Shown: positions 19,709 through 29,323 of the stretch, piece by piece
How the letters are laid out: each line of letters starts with the position of its first letter
Position numbering within the stretch: position 1 is the stretch's first letter
NCBI GenBank assembly: GCA_031411535.1
Contig: JANOBH010000021.1
Span: forward strand, 1-48,753
Direction: 5' to 3'
Source: Chthoniobacter sp.
GTDB lineage: Bacteria; Verrucomicrobiota; Verrucomicrobiia; Chthoniobacterales; Chthoniobacteraceae
DNA length: 48,753 nucleotides
The notes under the pieces: generated by a model
What the model was told of the DNA's origin: nothing
What the model saw: only the letters and a program-made list of their open reading frames with translations
The model's database searches: none
Position numbers and translations under genes: made by a program

Positions 19709-20656
19709 ATGAAAAAACTCCTGCCATTCATCACCCTCCTCGCCGTCCTCTCTTCCGCCCAGGCCGATTGGGCGCTGAAGGACGACGCCAACACCGATCT
19801 GCCGGGCCGCAAGGTGGACATCAGCCAGGACGGCGTCCTCCGCGCGCGGCTCATCTACGGCGAGGGCCAGATCAAGCCTTACCTCCGCGTCCAGGGCGAG
19901 GAGGGCGACGGCCTCAACGAATGGGACGCCAAGCAGCAGTTCCCGCATCACCGCGGCATCTACATCGGCTGGAACAAGATCGCCTCCGACATCGGCGGCA
20001 CGAAGACGTATGACCTCTGGCATTTCAACAACGGCGGCACCATGACGCTCGTGAAACTCGACAAGCTGACTGCCGGGAAAGATTCCGCGACCATCGTCGC
20101 CACGATCGAGTGGCGCGCAGGCGCAAAGGACGAGAGCGGGAGCGACCTGCTCCTCACCGAGACGCGCACGCTCACCGTCTCGCGTCCGGCGGCGAAGACC
20201 ACGCAGGTCGATGCGCAGTTCGTCTTGAAACCGGCGCGCGACCTCACGCTCGGCGGCGATCTCCAGCACGCGGGCATTCACTTCCGCGCGTCCGCCACCG
20301 TCGGCACCCGCAACAAGGAGACAGCCTACGTGTGGGAGCCGGAGATCGAGGGCAAGGGCGGAAAAGTCGTGGGCAAGGATCTGAAATGGGCGCGGCTCAC
20401 CTTTCCCATCGGCGAGCGCTTTTACCACGCCACGGCGCTGAACGCGCCGACCAATCCCGTCGATGAACTATCGTGGCGCGACTACGGGCGCTTCGGGTTC
20501 TTTTTCACGAAGCAGCTCAAGAAAGACGAGACGCTCACAGTCAAATACCGCTTCCTCACCGAACCCGCCGCGGGCGTGACTGCGAAGCCGACGGATGAGC
20601 AGCGCGCCGAGTTTCGCAAGGCCGCGCAGGCGCAGTACGACGCGTTTGTGAAATGA
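19709..20656 (+). CDS. Secreted protein of the DUF6807 ('PmoA-like') family
   Basis: Signal peptide; KPYL, FPHHRGIYIGW, LLTETRT, HAGIHFRA, SWRDYGRFG motifs. Confidence 0.7.
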   Translation: MKKLLPFITLLAVLSSAQADWALKDDANTDLPGRKVDISQDGVLRARLIYGEGQIKPYLRVQGEEGDGLNEWDAKQQFPHHRGIYIGWNKIASDIGGTKTYDLWHFNNGGTMTLVKLDKLTAGKDSATIVATIEWRAGAKDESGSDLLLTETRTLTVSRPAAKTTQVDAQFVLKPARDLTLGGDLQHAGIHFRASATVGTRNKETAYVWEPEIEGKGGKVVGKDLKWARLTFPIGERFYHATALNAPTNPVDELSWRDYGRFGFFFTKQLKKDETLTVKYRFLTEPAAGVTAKPTDEQRAEFRKAAQAQYDAFVK

Positions 20657-20784
20657 AGCTCGGTGTCGCCCTTGTCGTAGCCGCCGGGCTCGCGGGCACG
20701 GCTTTCGCGGCGACATCGCGCTATGGAGGACACGGAGGCGACGGTAAATTCGACAAGCGCACGGGCTCACGTCGTTGCTATTGA
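20653..20784 (+). CDS. Small ORF with signal peptide (43 aa) or truncated gene remnant
   Basis: ATGA overlap with upstream stop; MKLGVALVVAAGLAGTAFA-ATSRYGGHGGDGKFDKRTGSRRCY*; below the ORF-track cutoff. Confidence 0.45.
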   Translation: MKLGVALVVAAGLAGTAFAATSRYGGHGGDGKFDKRTGSRRCY

Positions 20785-20808
20785 CAACGCTCCGGCGCGC
20801 TCCATTCT
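20781..20808 (+). promoter_or_regulatory. Putative sigma70 promoter of PEP-CTERM gene
   Basis: Consensus TTGACA-N16-CATTCT. Confidence 0.35.
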
Positions 20809-20995
20809 CGCCGCGATTTTTCGTCCTTTGCGACGTTCCATGCCTGCTGCTGCGCCCCAGTTTCACGGGGCCGAGACGGCTTGGTTCCCTGCATCCGGCC
20901 GATGGATTTCACCGCTTGTCCCCGAGGTGTGGCGGCTCAGGGTAAACCAAACCATCCCGCCACGATCCGAAAAGCGGATCAGAACCCACGACACC

Positions 20996-22288
20996 ATGAA
21001 CACAAACTCCCCTCAGAAATCTGCCCTCCTCACCCGCGGCCTGCCGTGTGCCTCTCTGCTCGCCGGTTTCCTTCCATGGAGGCAGGCAAAGAAGCGGTCA
21101 CACCTGGCTACGCCGGCGGCCGTACTGATGCTGCTCGGCTCGGCGGGCCTTGTCCAAGGCGTGCCTTTGACCGCACAGGTTGTGTTTGGCGGCGCAGGCG
21201 ATCAGCAGGGCACGGGCGTGGCGATCAGTGCCGGCAATGTTTTCTATTCCCAAAATAACAGCAACGACGGCGTGGTCGGCCGATACAACGGTGCGCTGAC
21301 GGCGCAAAGCTGGTCCACGCCACTGGGTGGAAGCTTTGGCGACATCTGGGGCGTGGCCGTGTCGAACAGCGTTTACACGACGGGATCCTCGCGTCCGCCG
21401 GTGCTCACAGTGGACACGGTCGGTGGGGCCGAAAACAAGATGGTGGTAGGGAGCATCGGCACCGGCGGCGGGGCTTTTAGCTGGCGCACACAGACGCCGG
21501 CAGCTCCCGGTTTTTTTGCCTATGGCGGCACTGAAAACGCGCGGGACATCGCCATTTCCAATTCGGCCGGTGTGGATTCCATCTACGCCGTTGGTGTCGG
21601 GGAGGCTTGGAACGTGTATTCGCACTACGGCATGACGCTGGCGAAACTCAACGAAGCCGGCGGAGTGGTCACCACGGCGACCTACGGCGGGGGAGGCATC
21701 TTCACTGCTGGCGCGGGTGTCACGACGCTGGGTGGAAATGTGTTTGCCGTGGGCAACCGTGGGCCCTCTGCACTGATCCGAGCCTATAGCGGCAGTCTTG
21801 GTTCGCTTTGGGGGGAGGAAACCGTGACCGGTGCTTACAACAACGTCACCTCATTCAACGGCGACATTTATGCGGTCGGGGTCAACGGTGCGAACGGCAT
21901 CGTCTCCCGCTACAATGCGACCACTGGCTTGCGGCTTTGGACGCAAACCTATGCGGGCGACATGCTCAACGGCATCGTCGGTGTCAACGGCTCCCTTTAC
22001 GCGGCGGGCCGCAAAGGAAGCGATGCGGTTCTGCTCAGCCTGGATGCGACTACGGGCGCCGTGCAGAACTCGCAGACTTTCGGCGGTGCAGGGACCGATG
22101 TGTTCAACGACATCACAGTGAACAGCATGGACGGCAGTTTGTACGCGATCGGGACTACTGATTCCGCCAGTCTCGGCGCGAATGGCAAAGATGTCTGGAT
22201 TACGCAGTTCGTCCCCGAGCCCACCAGTGCCGTTCTGCTGGGTTTCGGCGCGCTGCTCCTCGCCGCCCAACGTCGCCGGAACACATGA
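20996..22288 (+). CDS. PEP-CTERM sorting-domain protein, probable beta-propeller
   Basis: C-terminal VPEPTSAVLLGFGALLLAAQRRR; repeated Gly-rich blades (IYAVG, VFAVG, LYAAG, LYAIG; FGGAGDQ/FGGAGTD). Confidence 0.88.
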   Translation: MNTNSPQKSALLTRGLPCASLLAGFLPWRQAKKRSHLATPAAVLMLLGSAGLVQGVPLTAQVVFGGAGDQQGTGVAISAGNVFYSQNNSNDGVVGRYNGALTAQSWSTPLGGSFGDIWGVAVSNSVYTTGSSRPPVLTVDTVGGAENKMVVGSIGTGGGAFSWRTQTPAAPGFFAYGGTENARDIAISNSAGVDSIYAVGVGEAWNVYSHYGMTLAKLNEAGGVVTTATYGGGGIFTAGAGVTTLGGNVFAVGNRGPSALIRAYSGSLGSLWGEETVTGAYNNVTSFNGDIYAVGVNGANGIVSRYNATTGLRLWTQTYAGDMLNGIVGVNGSLYAAGRKGSDAVLLSLDATTGAVQNSQTFGGAGTDVFNDITVNSMDGSLYAIGTTDSASLGANGKDVWITQFVPEPTSAVLLGFGALLLAAQRRRNT

Positions 22289-22506
22289 GGCTTTCCCGCC
22301 GCGCTACGCGAGATGGGGGTGCGGGCTGGAGATGGACGCGGTCACGCGATCCGGCGTAGCATTTTGCTTCCCCAAAACTCGTGAAATACACGGCTGCCAT
22401 TCCTCGCGTTCATCGGCGTCCTTTTCTTCTGTACTCGCGGGCGAATCCCGCCAACGAACTCTCAAGGCGCGACTCCGAACTTCGGTTTCCTTTTCGTGAG
22501 AAGGGG

Positions 22507-23247
22507 ATGAACACGGCGATGGCGGTGATTTTCCTATTGCTCGGCGTCGCGGGTTGGGCCGCGGATACCGAACCGCTCGCAGCGGCGGAGCGCTCGCGGA
22601 TGATCGCGAAGTGGAAAGAGCAGGTCGCGGGCGGCGATGCCGCTCTGGCAAAGGAGCCGGGAGCGGTCGGCGCGTATTCCGCGCGCGGCGACGCGCATCT
22701 TTTTCTCGGGGAGTTTCCCGAGGCGGTGGCGGATTTCGAGAAGATGATCGCGCTCGATCCGGCGCAGGATGCACCGCACTGGCGGCTCGGCATCGCGTAT
22801 TATTTCGCCGGGGATTTTGCGAAGTCGGCGCGGCAATTTGAGAAGTACCACCCGTTCGACGGGCGCGACCGGGAGAACGGGATCTGGAAATTCCTCGCGC
22901 AGGTGAAGACGGACGGTTCGGAAAAGGCGCGCGCTGAGATGCTCGTCTATACGCGCTTTGACCGGGAGCCGTTCCCGTCGCTCTACGAGATGTTCGCGGG
23001 GAAGAAGACGCCGGACGAGGTGCTCGCCGAGATCGAGAAGAAAGGGCTCGCCGACAAAGAGGGAGTCGCCTTTTTCGCCAACTACTACTGCGGGCTCGGC
23101 GAGGAGATGCTCGGCCACCGCGCGCGGGCGCTGGAGCTTTTGCAAAAGGCCGTCGCGAGTCCGCTGGGCCGCGGCGCACCGGGCGGCCCCGGCTACATGT
23201 GGCAGGTGGCGCGCCTGCACTGGGAGCGGCTGCGGGCGGAAAAGTAG
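22507..23247 (+). CDS. Secreted TPR protein (NlpI-like)
   Basis: Signal peptide; AYSARGDAHLFLGEFPEAVADFEKMIALDP, HWRLGIAYYFAG, FFANYYCGL; AAGGGG RBS-like. Confidence 0.82.
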   Translation: MNTAMAVIFLLLGVAGWAADTEPLAAAERSRMIAKWKEQVAGGDAALAKEPGAVGAYSARGDAHLFLGEFPEAVADFEKMIALDPAQDAPHWRLGIAYYFAGDFAKSARQFEKYHPFDGRDRENGIWKFLAQVKTDGSEKARAEMLVYTRFDREPFPSLYEMFAGKKTPDEVLAEIEKKGLADKEGVAFFANYYCGLGEEMLGHRARALELLQKAVASPLGRGAPGGPGYMWQVARLHWERLRAEK

Positions 23248-23303
23248 CTTTGGGCTTCAGCCCAAAGTGCCGCGGCTGTTTGGGCTGAAGCCCAAGCTAC
23301 TTT
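23241..23303. repeat. REP-like palindrome family B, copy 1
   Basis: AAAGTAGCTTTGGGCTTCAGCCC...GGGCTGAAGCCCAAGCTACTTT. Confidence 0.88.
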
Positions 23304-23775
23304 GACTTTCCAGCCGCACGTCCTGGCTGACCATGCGGTCGCCGTCGAACTCGAACCACGCCGTGAAGCGCCCGCCCGCAAGCATGGGCGGGAGCCAGTG
23401 GCGGTCGTCGGCCCACATCTCGTCATAGGGGATCGCGTCGAGCTCGAACCACAGCGGTGTCGCCTCGTCAGTCTCCGCGGGTTCGCCGTGATAGTCGCGG
23501 GCGAGGAAGACGACGCAATGCAGGCTGTAGCCGTCGGTGAATTGGAAATGCAGCACCCCGCGCTCCTCGATCGCCAGCGGGGTGACGCCGATCTCCTCCT
23601 GCGTCTCGCGGATGGCCGAGGCGAGCGCCGTCTCGCCGGGATCGAGCTTGCCGCCGGGGCCGTTGATCTTCCCCGCGCCGAGCCCCCGCTTTTTGCGGAT
23701 GAGCAGGATGCGCCCGTCTTTGACGATGAAGCAGAGATTGGCCCGCTCACGCGGCTGCCATGAGGACCAGTCCAT
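23257..23775 (-). CDS. Nudix hydrolase, 8-oxo-dGTP diphosphatase (MTH1/MutT-like)
   Basis: KKRGLGAGKINGPGGKLDPGETALASAIRETQEEIG Nudix box; IPYDEMWADD..WLP. Confidence 0.92.
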   Translation of the reverse strand: MDWSSWQPRERANLCFIVKDGRILLIRKKRGLGAGKINGPGGKLDPGETALASAIRETQEEIGVTPLAIEERGVLHFQFTDGYSLHCVVFLARDYHGEPAETDEATPLWFELDAIPYDEMWADDRHWLPPMLAGGRFTAWFEFDGDRMVSQDVRLESQSSLGFSPNSRGTLG

Positions 23776-23776
23776 C

Positions 23777-23929
23777 AATGACGAATGACGAATGCGGAAT
23801 GACGAGGGAAGCACGAATGTAACATGGACTTCAGTCCAGTCGCACCGCGCAGCGTTTGGACTGAAGTCCGCGCTACTTTGCCGGCCGCCAGACAAGCCTT
23901 GCCTCTCGATTCGTCATCCGGCATCCGTC
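23777..23929. repeat. Composite element: heptamer arms flanking a family B REP (23819-23876)
   Basis: aatgacg-aatgacg-aatgcgg-aatgacg ... GTAACATGGACTTCAGTCC...GGACTGAAGTCCGCGCTAC ... attcgtc-atccggc-atccgtc. Confidence 0.8.
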
Positions 23930-23934
23930 TCGAC

Positions 23935-24291
23935 GTGTCCTTCGTCACCGCCCAGCGTCTTGCCGCTCTCGCCGGCTTCCTTGCCGTCGCGCTCGGGGCT
24001 TTTGGGGCGCATGGTTTGCAGCCGGTGCTGGAGAAAAACGGGACGCTGGCGGTCTGGCACACCGCGGCGCTCTACCACATCGTGCATGCGGTCGTGCTGC
24101 TGGTGATGGCGCAAAAGGCCGTCGTCGCACGCGTGCCGTTCGCGCTCTTCGGCACGGGGATCGTGATCTTCAGCGGCAGTCTCTACACGCTCGCGCTGTC
24201 GAATGTGAAATGGCTCGGCGCGATCACGCCGCTCGGCGGCGTCTGTCTCCTCGCGGGCTGGCTGGCGCTGGCGTGGAAGCCGCGCGCGTGA
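23935..24291 (+). CDS. DUF423 (YgdD/TMEM256) membrane protein
   Basis: AVALGAFGAHGL, TAALYHIVHA, IFSGSLY, GAITPLGG. Confidence 0.92.
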   Translation: MSFVTAQRLAALAGFLAVALGAFGAHGLQPVLEKNGTLAVWHTAALYHIVHAVVLLVMAQKAVVARVPFALFGTGIVIFSGSLYTLALSNVKWLGAITPLGGVCLLAGWLALAWKPRA

Positions 24292-24308
24292 GTGGTGGAA
24301 AAAACTCC

Positions 24309-24456
24309 GTCATCCTGAGCGGAGTTCCCGGCGGGCGAAGGGGGCGGGAACGGAGTCGAAGGCCCCCGGCGATTCTGTGCGACACTGCGCTTAAATGCGC
24401 GGGGTCCTTCGACTGCGCTGCGCCCGCCTTTCCGCCTCCGCTTCGCTCAGGATGAC
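24309..24456. repeat. REP-like palindromic element family A, copy 2
   Basis: GTCATCCTGAGCGGAG...CTTCGCTCAGGATGAC between convergent genes. Confidence 0.92.
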
Positions 24457-24473
24457 ACCGCTTAGGGGAAGGC

Positions 24474-25244
24474 TCAGTGCGCCGCGCCCGCCGGCAGCCC
24501 GAGCGCCGCGCGGGCTGCGGTCTTTTCCTTTTCGTCGTCGGAGTCGGTGGACGGCAGCGTGAGAATCGCCTGCCACTCTTTGGCGGCGAGGTCAGGTTTG
24601 CCCATGATCTTGTAAAGCCGGGCCAGCTCGGCGCGGTGCATGATGCGCTGCGGTGCGATCTCGGACGCTTTTTTCAGGCACTTGGCGGCATCCTCGTTGC
24701 TCGCCGCGGGCACGCCGCCATAGACGACCTTGGCGAGCACCTTGAGCACGCCGCCGATATTCGCCACGCCGGCGTGCCAGCGCCCGAGGACGTGCCACGC
24801 GAAGTCGTCGGTCGGGTCCAGCTCGATGGATTTGGCGGCCTCCTCCTTGATGATCTTCGAGTATTCGAGCTTCGTTTTGTTTCCGACGAAATCCGTCAGC
24901 TTACCGTAGGCGATGGCGCGGCTGAGGTGGGCCTTGGCGACCTTTGGATCGAGTGCGATCGCGCGCTGCGAGTAGTCCAGCGCCTTTTGCGCGAGCTGCT
25001 GGGCGACCTCCGGCGGCTTGGTGACATCCACGAGATCGGAATACGCCTTCGAGATGCGCAGCAGCACGCCCACGTTTTTCGCGTCGAGTCCCTCCGCGGC
25101 GCGGAAATCCGTGAGCGCCGCCTTCGTGCGGCCCTGCTTTTCCTCGGCGTCGCCGTGCCTGACCAGCGCGGCGACATTTGGCTCGTCCGCAAAAGCGCGG
25201 AAGCTGAGGAGGAGCGCGATGAGGAGCAGCGGTTTCACGTTCAC
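24474..25244 (-). CDS. Secreted TPR protein (RMDN/FAM82-like)
   Basis: Signal peptide; LLRISKAYSD, AHLSRAIAYGK, IELDPTDDFAWHVLGRWH, GGVPAASNEDA. Confidence 0.75.
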   Translation of the reverse strand: MNVKPLLLIALLLSFRAFADEPNVAALVRHGDAEEKQGRTKAALTDFRAAEGLDAKNVGVLLRISKAYSDLVDVTKPPEVAQQLAQKALDYSQRAIALDPKVAKAHLSRAIAYGKLTDFVGNKTKLEYSKIIKEEAAKSIELDPTDDFAWHVLGRWHAGVANIGGVLKVLAKVVYGGVPAASNEDAAKCLKKASEIAPQRIMHRAELARLYKIMGKPDLAAKEWQAILTLPSTDSDDEKEKTAARAALGLPAGAAH

Positions 25245-25257
25245 AGCCCGTTTTCCG

Positions 25258-28170
25258 TCACCCCGCGTGCGGCTCCACCGGCACGCAGGCGCAGAAGAGA
25301 TTGCGGTCGCCCCAGACGTTGTCGATGCGGCCGACGGCGGGCCAGAATTTGTGCTCGCGGAGCCATGGCGCGGGATAGGCGGCCTGCTCGCGGGTGTAGG
25401 CGTGGAGCCATTCTCCGGCGATGATCGAGTGCGCGGTGTGGGGCGCGTTCTTGAGCAGGTTGTCTTTCGCGTCGGCGGTGCCGTTTTCCACGGCGGTCAT
25501 CTCGGCGTGGATGGAAATGAGCGCGTCGCAGAAGCGGTCGAGTTCGTCCTTCGATTCGCTCTCGGTCGGTTCGATCATGAGCGTGCCGACGACGGGCCAG
25601 CTCAGCGTGGGGGCGTGAAAGCCGTAGTCCATGAGGCGCTTGGCGACGTCTTCGGCGGTCGTCTTGTGGAAGCCGCGGAGATCGATGATGCACTCATGGG
25701 CGACGAGTCCGTTCGCGCCTTTGAAAAGCACGGGAAAATACGGATCGATCCGGCGGGCCATGTAGTTGGCATTGAGGATGGCGAAGCGCGTGGCTTCGGT
25801 CAGGCCGTCGCCGCCCATCATGCGGATGTACATCCAGGGGATGGTGAGGATGCTCGCGCTGCTGAAAGGCGCGGCCGAGATGGAGCCGGTTTTTTCATCC
25901 GGGCCTTTGCGCTCGATGGCGGAGAGGAATTCCACGAGGTGCGCAGCCACGCCGATGGGGCCCATGCCGGGACCGCCGCCGCCGTGCGGGATGCAGAAGG
26001 TTTTGTGCAGATTCAGGTGGCAGACATCCGCGCCGATGCGGCCGGGCGAGGTGAGGCCGACCTGCGCGTTCATATTCGCGCCGTCCATATAGACCTGCCC
26101 GCCGCGCGCATGGATCAGCTCGCAGATTTCGACGATCGTCTCCTCGAAAACGCCGTGCGTGCTGGGGTAGGTGACCATGAGCGCGGCGAGCTGATCCCTG
26201 TGCTGGTCAGCCTTGGCGGTGAGGTCGTCCATGTCGATGTCGCCGTCTTCGAGACAGCGAATGCCCACGACCTTCATCCCGGCCATGACGGCGCTGGCGG
26301 GGTTCGTGCCGTGCGCGCTGGCGGGGATGAGGCAGATGTCGCGGTGCCCTTCGCCGCGCGACTGGTGGTATTTGCGGATGACGAGCAGGCCCGCGTATTC
26401 GCCCTGCGAGCCGGCGTTTGGCTCCAGCGAGACGCCGGCGAAACCGGTGATCTCGGCGAGCCATTTCTCAAGCTGCGTGCAGAGATGGCGGTAGCCGCCG
26501 GTCTGCTCGGCAGGCGCAAAGGGATGGAGCTTTCCAAACTCGGGCCACGTCACCGGGAGCATCTCGCTGGTGGCGTTCAGCTTCATCGTGCAGGAGCCGA
26601 GGGGGATCATGCTCGTGGTGAGCGAGAGGTCCTTCGCCTCCAGTCGCCGGATGTAGCGGAGCATCTCGTGCTCGGTGTGGTGGGTGTTGAAGACCGGGTG
26701 GGTGAGGAACGCGGACGTTCGATTTTCGATTTCCGATTTTGGATTCTCAATTTCTGCGGCGAGCGAGGCGGCGTCGAAATCGAGCGGCGTGTCCTCGCCG
26801 GGCAGGTTCCCGTCATTGAAAATGCTGAAGAGCGGAGAGAGGTCGTCCGTGGTTTCGTCGAGCGCGATGAGGATCGAGTCGTCGCCGTAGGCGCGGAGAT
26901 TGATCCCGGTCTGGCGCGCGGTTTCGAGGATCTCGGTGCGGCGGGTCGGGTCCACGCTCACGCAGACGGTGTCGAAGAACGGGGCGGCGCTCATCGGGTA
27001 GCCCATCCGGTCGAGGCCCTCGGCGAGCAGGGCGGCGTGGAGATGCACGCGGCGGGCGATGGCTTTCAGCCCCTCGGGTCCGTGATAGACGGCATACATG
27101 GACGCCATGACGGCGAGGAGCACCTGCGCCGTGCAGATGTTGCTCGTGGCCTTGTCGCGGCGGATGTGCTGCTCGCGGGTTTGCAGCGAAAGGCGGTAGC
27201 CGGGCTTGCCGTGCGCGTCTTTGCTCACGCCGACGAGCCGGCCGGGCATCAGTCGTTTATACGCGTCCTTCACCGCCATGTAGGCGGCGTGCGGGCCGCC
27301 GAAACCGAGCGGCACGCCGAAGCGCTGCGTGGAGCCGACGGCAATGTCCGCGCCAAATTCCCCCGGCGGGCGCAGCAGTGTGAGCGCGAGGATATCCGCG
27401 GCGACGATCGCCAGCGCGCCGGCGGCGTGCGCCTGTTCGATGAAGGGCGCGTAGTCGTGAATCGCGCCTGTCGTGTCGGGATATTGCAGCAGCACGGCGA
27501 AGGGCTTTTCCGCGAAATCGAACGTCGCCTCGTCACCGACGATCACCTTGATCCCGAGCGGTTCGGCGCGCGTCTGCACCACGGCGATGGTCTGCGGGTG
27601 GCAGCGTTCACTGACGAATATGGCGCTCGCATCCGCGTGTCTGCTGACCGCGTGCGCCATGTGCATGGCCTCGGCGGCGGCGGTCGCCTCGTCGAGCATG
27701 GAGGCGTTGGCGATGTCGAGCCCGGTGAGGTCGGTGACCATCTGCTGGAAATTCACCAGCGCCTCCATCCGCCCCTGGGAAATCTCCGCCTGATACGGCG
27801 TGTACGCGGTGTACCAGCCGGGGTTTTCGAGGATGTTCCGCTGGATGACGGGCGGCGTGATGCAGTCGCTGTAGCCCTGGCCGATGTGGTTTTTGAAAAC
27901 CCTGTTTTTCCCCGCGATGGCGCGCAACTCGGCCAGCGACTCGTGCTCGCCGCGTCCGGCGGGCAGCTTCATCGGCCCGGTGAGGCGGATTTTCGCCGGC
28001 ACGGCGGCGTCCACCAGCGCGCCCAGCGACTCCAGCCCGAGGGTGGCCAGCATCTCGGCGACCTCGGTTTCACCGGAGCCGAGATGGCGGCGCGGAAATG
28101 TGTCGCAGGGAGCGAGGATCGAGGTTTCCAAAGGGGTCGAGGCGGGCGGCGTCGAGAGCGTGTCGTGCAT
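25258..28170 (-). CDS. gcvP: Glycine dehydrogenase (decarboxylating), glycine cleavage P protein
   Basis: [71 protein letters not shown]; 970 aa single chain. Confidence 0.98.
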   Translation of the reverse strand: MHDTLSTPPASTPLETSILAPCDTFPRRHLGSGETEVAEMLATLGLESLGALVDAAVPAKIRLTGPMKLPAGRGEHESLAELRAIAGKNRVFKNHIGQGYSDCITPPVIQRNILENPGWYTAYTPYQAEISQGRMEALVNFQQMVTDLTGLDIANASMLDEATAAAEAMHMAHAVSRHADASAIFVSERCHPQTIAVVQTRAEPLGIKVIVGDEATFDFAEKPFAVLLQYPDTTGAIHDYAPFIEQAHAAGALAIVAADILALTLLRPPGEFGADIAVGSTQRFGVPLGFGGPHAAYMAVKDAYKRLMPGRLVGVSKDAHGKPGYRLSLQTREQHIRRDKATSNICTAQVLLAVMASMYAVYHGPEGLKAIARRVHLHAALLAEGLDRMGYPMSAAPFFDTVCVSVDPTRRTEILETARQTGINLRAYGDDSILIALDETTDDLSPLFSIFNDGNLPGEDTPLDFDAASLAAEIENPKSEIENRTSAFLTHPVFNTHHTEHEMLRYIRRLEAKDLSLTTSMIPLGSCTMKLNATSEMLPVTWPEFGKLHPFAPAEQTGGYRHLCTQLEKWLAEITGFAGVSLEPNAGSQGEYAGLLVIRKYHQSRGEGHRDICLIPASAHGTNPASAVMAGMKVVGIRCLEDGDIDMDDLTAKADQHRDQLAALMVTYPSTHGVFEETIVEICELIHARGGQVYMDGANMNAQVGLTSPGRIGADVCHLNLHKTFCIPHGGGGPGMGPIGVAAHLVEFLSAIERKGPDEKTGSISAAPFSSASILTIPWMYIRMMGGDGLTEATRFAILNANYMARRIDPYFPVLFKGANGLVAHECIIDLRGFHKTTAEDVAKRLMDYGFHAPTLSWPVVGTLMIEPTESESKDELDRFCDALISIHAEMTAVENGTADAKDNLLKNAPHTAHSIIAGEWLHAYTREQAAYPAPWLREHKFWPAVGRIDNVWGDRNLFCACVPVEPHAG
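26717..26751. repeat. Five heptamer repeats inside gcvP
   Basis: gttcgat-tttcgat-ttccgat-tttggat-tctcaat; encodes [11 protein letters not shown]. Confidence 0.75.
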
Positions 28171-28258
28171 CGCGGGAGGCTAGGAATGACGCCCGCCAAA
28201 GCAAGCGCGGCTTTGGCCTTTCGCCGGGCGGGGCTTTGTGGTTCTACTCTGCGCCGCT

Positions 28259-29191
28259 ATGAGCCAGCCCACGGTCGATCCCGCGCCCGAGTCCTACCAT
28301 CCCGTGCTCGATCCGGAGCGTGCCCGCTTTACCCTCTGGGGTGTGCGCGGTTCCACGCCCACGCCGGGCGCGCGCTTCCTCCGCGCGGGCGGCAATACCT
28401 CGTGCATGTCCGTCTCATGCGGCGATGAACTCTTCATTTTCGACGCCGGCTCGGGCATCCGCGACCTCGGGCTGGAGCTGCTCGCCGGGCCGCCGCGCAA
28501 GGTGCATCTCTTCGTCACGCACACGCACTGGGACCACATCCAGGGCTTCCCGTTTTTCGCGCCCGCCTACGTCCCTGGCTTCGAGATCCTGATCTATGGC
28601 GCGGAGGGCTTTGGCAAAGACCTCAAGGCCGTCTTCCGCGGCCAGCTCGACCGCGAGTATTTCCCCGTGCAGATGGAGGACATGCAGTCGCGCCTGCAGT
28701 TCCGGCACCTGCTCACGAATCCCGTGCGCGCCGGCTCCGCGCAGGTGGCGTGGGAGTTTGCCCAGCACCCCGGCGCCACGGTCGGCTACAAGATCGGCAT
28801 CGGCGGGAAAAAGATCGCCTGGGTGCCCGACAACGAATTTCTCCAGGGCTACACCGGCTCCCCGGCGGAGATCACCCGCGACCACCCGCTGGCGCTGCCC
28901 TACGCCGCCATGATCGACTTTCTTTCGGACGCCGACGTGGTCATCCACGAGGCGCAGTACACTCCCGGGGAGTATCCCAAAAAGATCCGCTGGGGTCACA
29001 GCTCGGTGTCAAACGCGTGCGTCCTGATGAAGCTCGCGAAAGTGCCGCGCTGGGTCATCACGCACCATGACCCGATGCACGACGACGCCTTTCTCGAAGA
29101 CAAGCTCAACCTGACCCGCCAGATCCTTGGCGAAATCGGCCACCCCATCTACGTCACCCACGGCTACGACGGGCGGACGGAGTTCCTGTAA
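28259..29191 (+). CDS. MBL-fold metallo-hydrolase (RNase Z/PhnP-like)
   Basis: WGVRGSTPTPG, GGNTSC, DAGSG, THTHWDHIQG (HxHxDH), WGHSS, THHDP. Confidence 0.9.
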   Translation: MSQPTVDPAPESYHPVLDPERARFTLWGVRGSTPTPGARFLRAGGNTSCMSVSCGDELFIFDAGSGIRDLGLELLAGPPRKVHLFVTHTHWDHIQGFPFFAPAYVPGFEILIYGAEGFGKDLKAVFRGQLDREYFPVQMEDMQSRLQFRHLLTNPVRAGSAQVAWEFAQHPGATVGYKIGIGGKKIAWVPDNEFLQGYTGSPAEITRDHPLALPYAAMIDFLSDADVVIHEAQYTPGEYPKKIRWGHSSVSNACVLMKLAKVPRWVITHHDPMHDDAFLEDKLNLTRQILGEIGHPIYVTHGYDGRTEFL

Positions 29192-29193
29192 TT

Positions 29194-29292
29194 TGGAGTG
29201 CGCCGATCTATCGGCGCTTTGGTTCCCGCGGCGCGGAGCCGGGAGGCTTGCCGTCCCCCGCATCCAAAGCGCCCATGAATCGGCGAACTCCA
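29194..29292. repeat. REP-like palindrome family C
   Basis: TGGAGTGCGCCGAT..TCGGCGCTTTGG ... CCAAAGCGCCCATGAATCGGCGAACTCCA imperfect IR right after a stop codon. Confidence 0.75.
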
Positions 29293-29323
29293 CGGGACCT
29301 TTCCCTTTCCAGTCCGCAAAACT

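Noticed and set aside
19709-20656. Methane monooxygenase PmoA
   Set aside because: Soluble secreted protein with no TM helices and no pmoB/pmoC; the family name is misleading
25018-28428. 1136-aa plus-strand ORF and other long antisense ORFs (1757-2803, 15029-17641, 39587-41359, 47447-48742)
   Set aside because: Shadow frames opposite well-supported genes, expected at high GC with strong codon bias; no motifs
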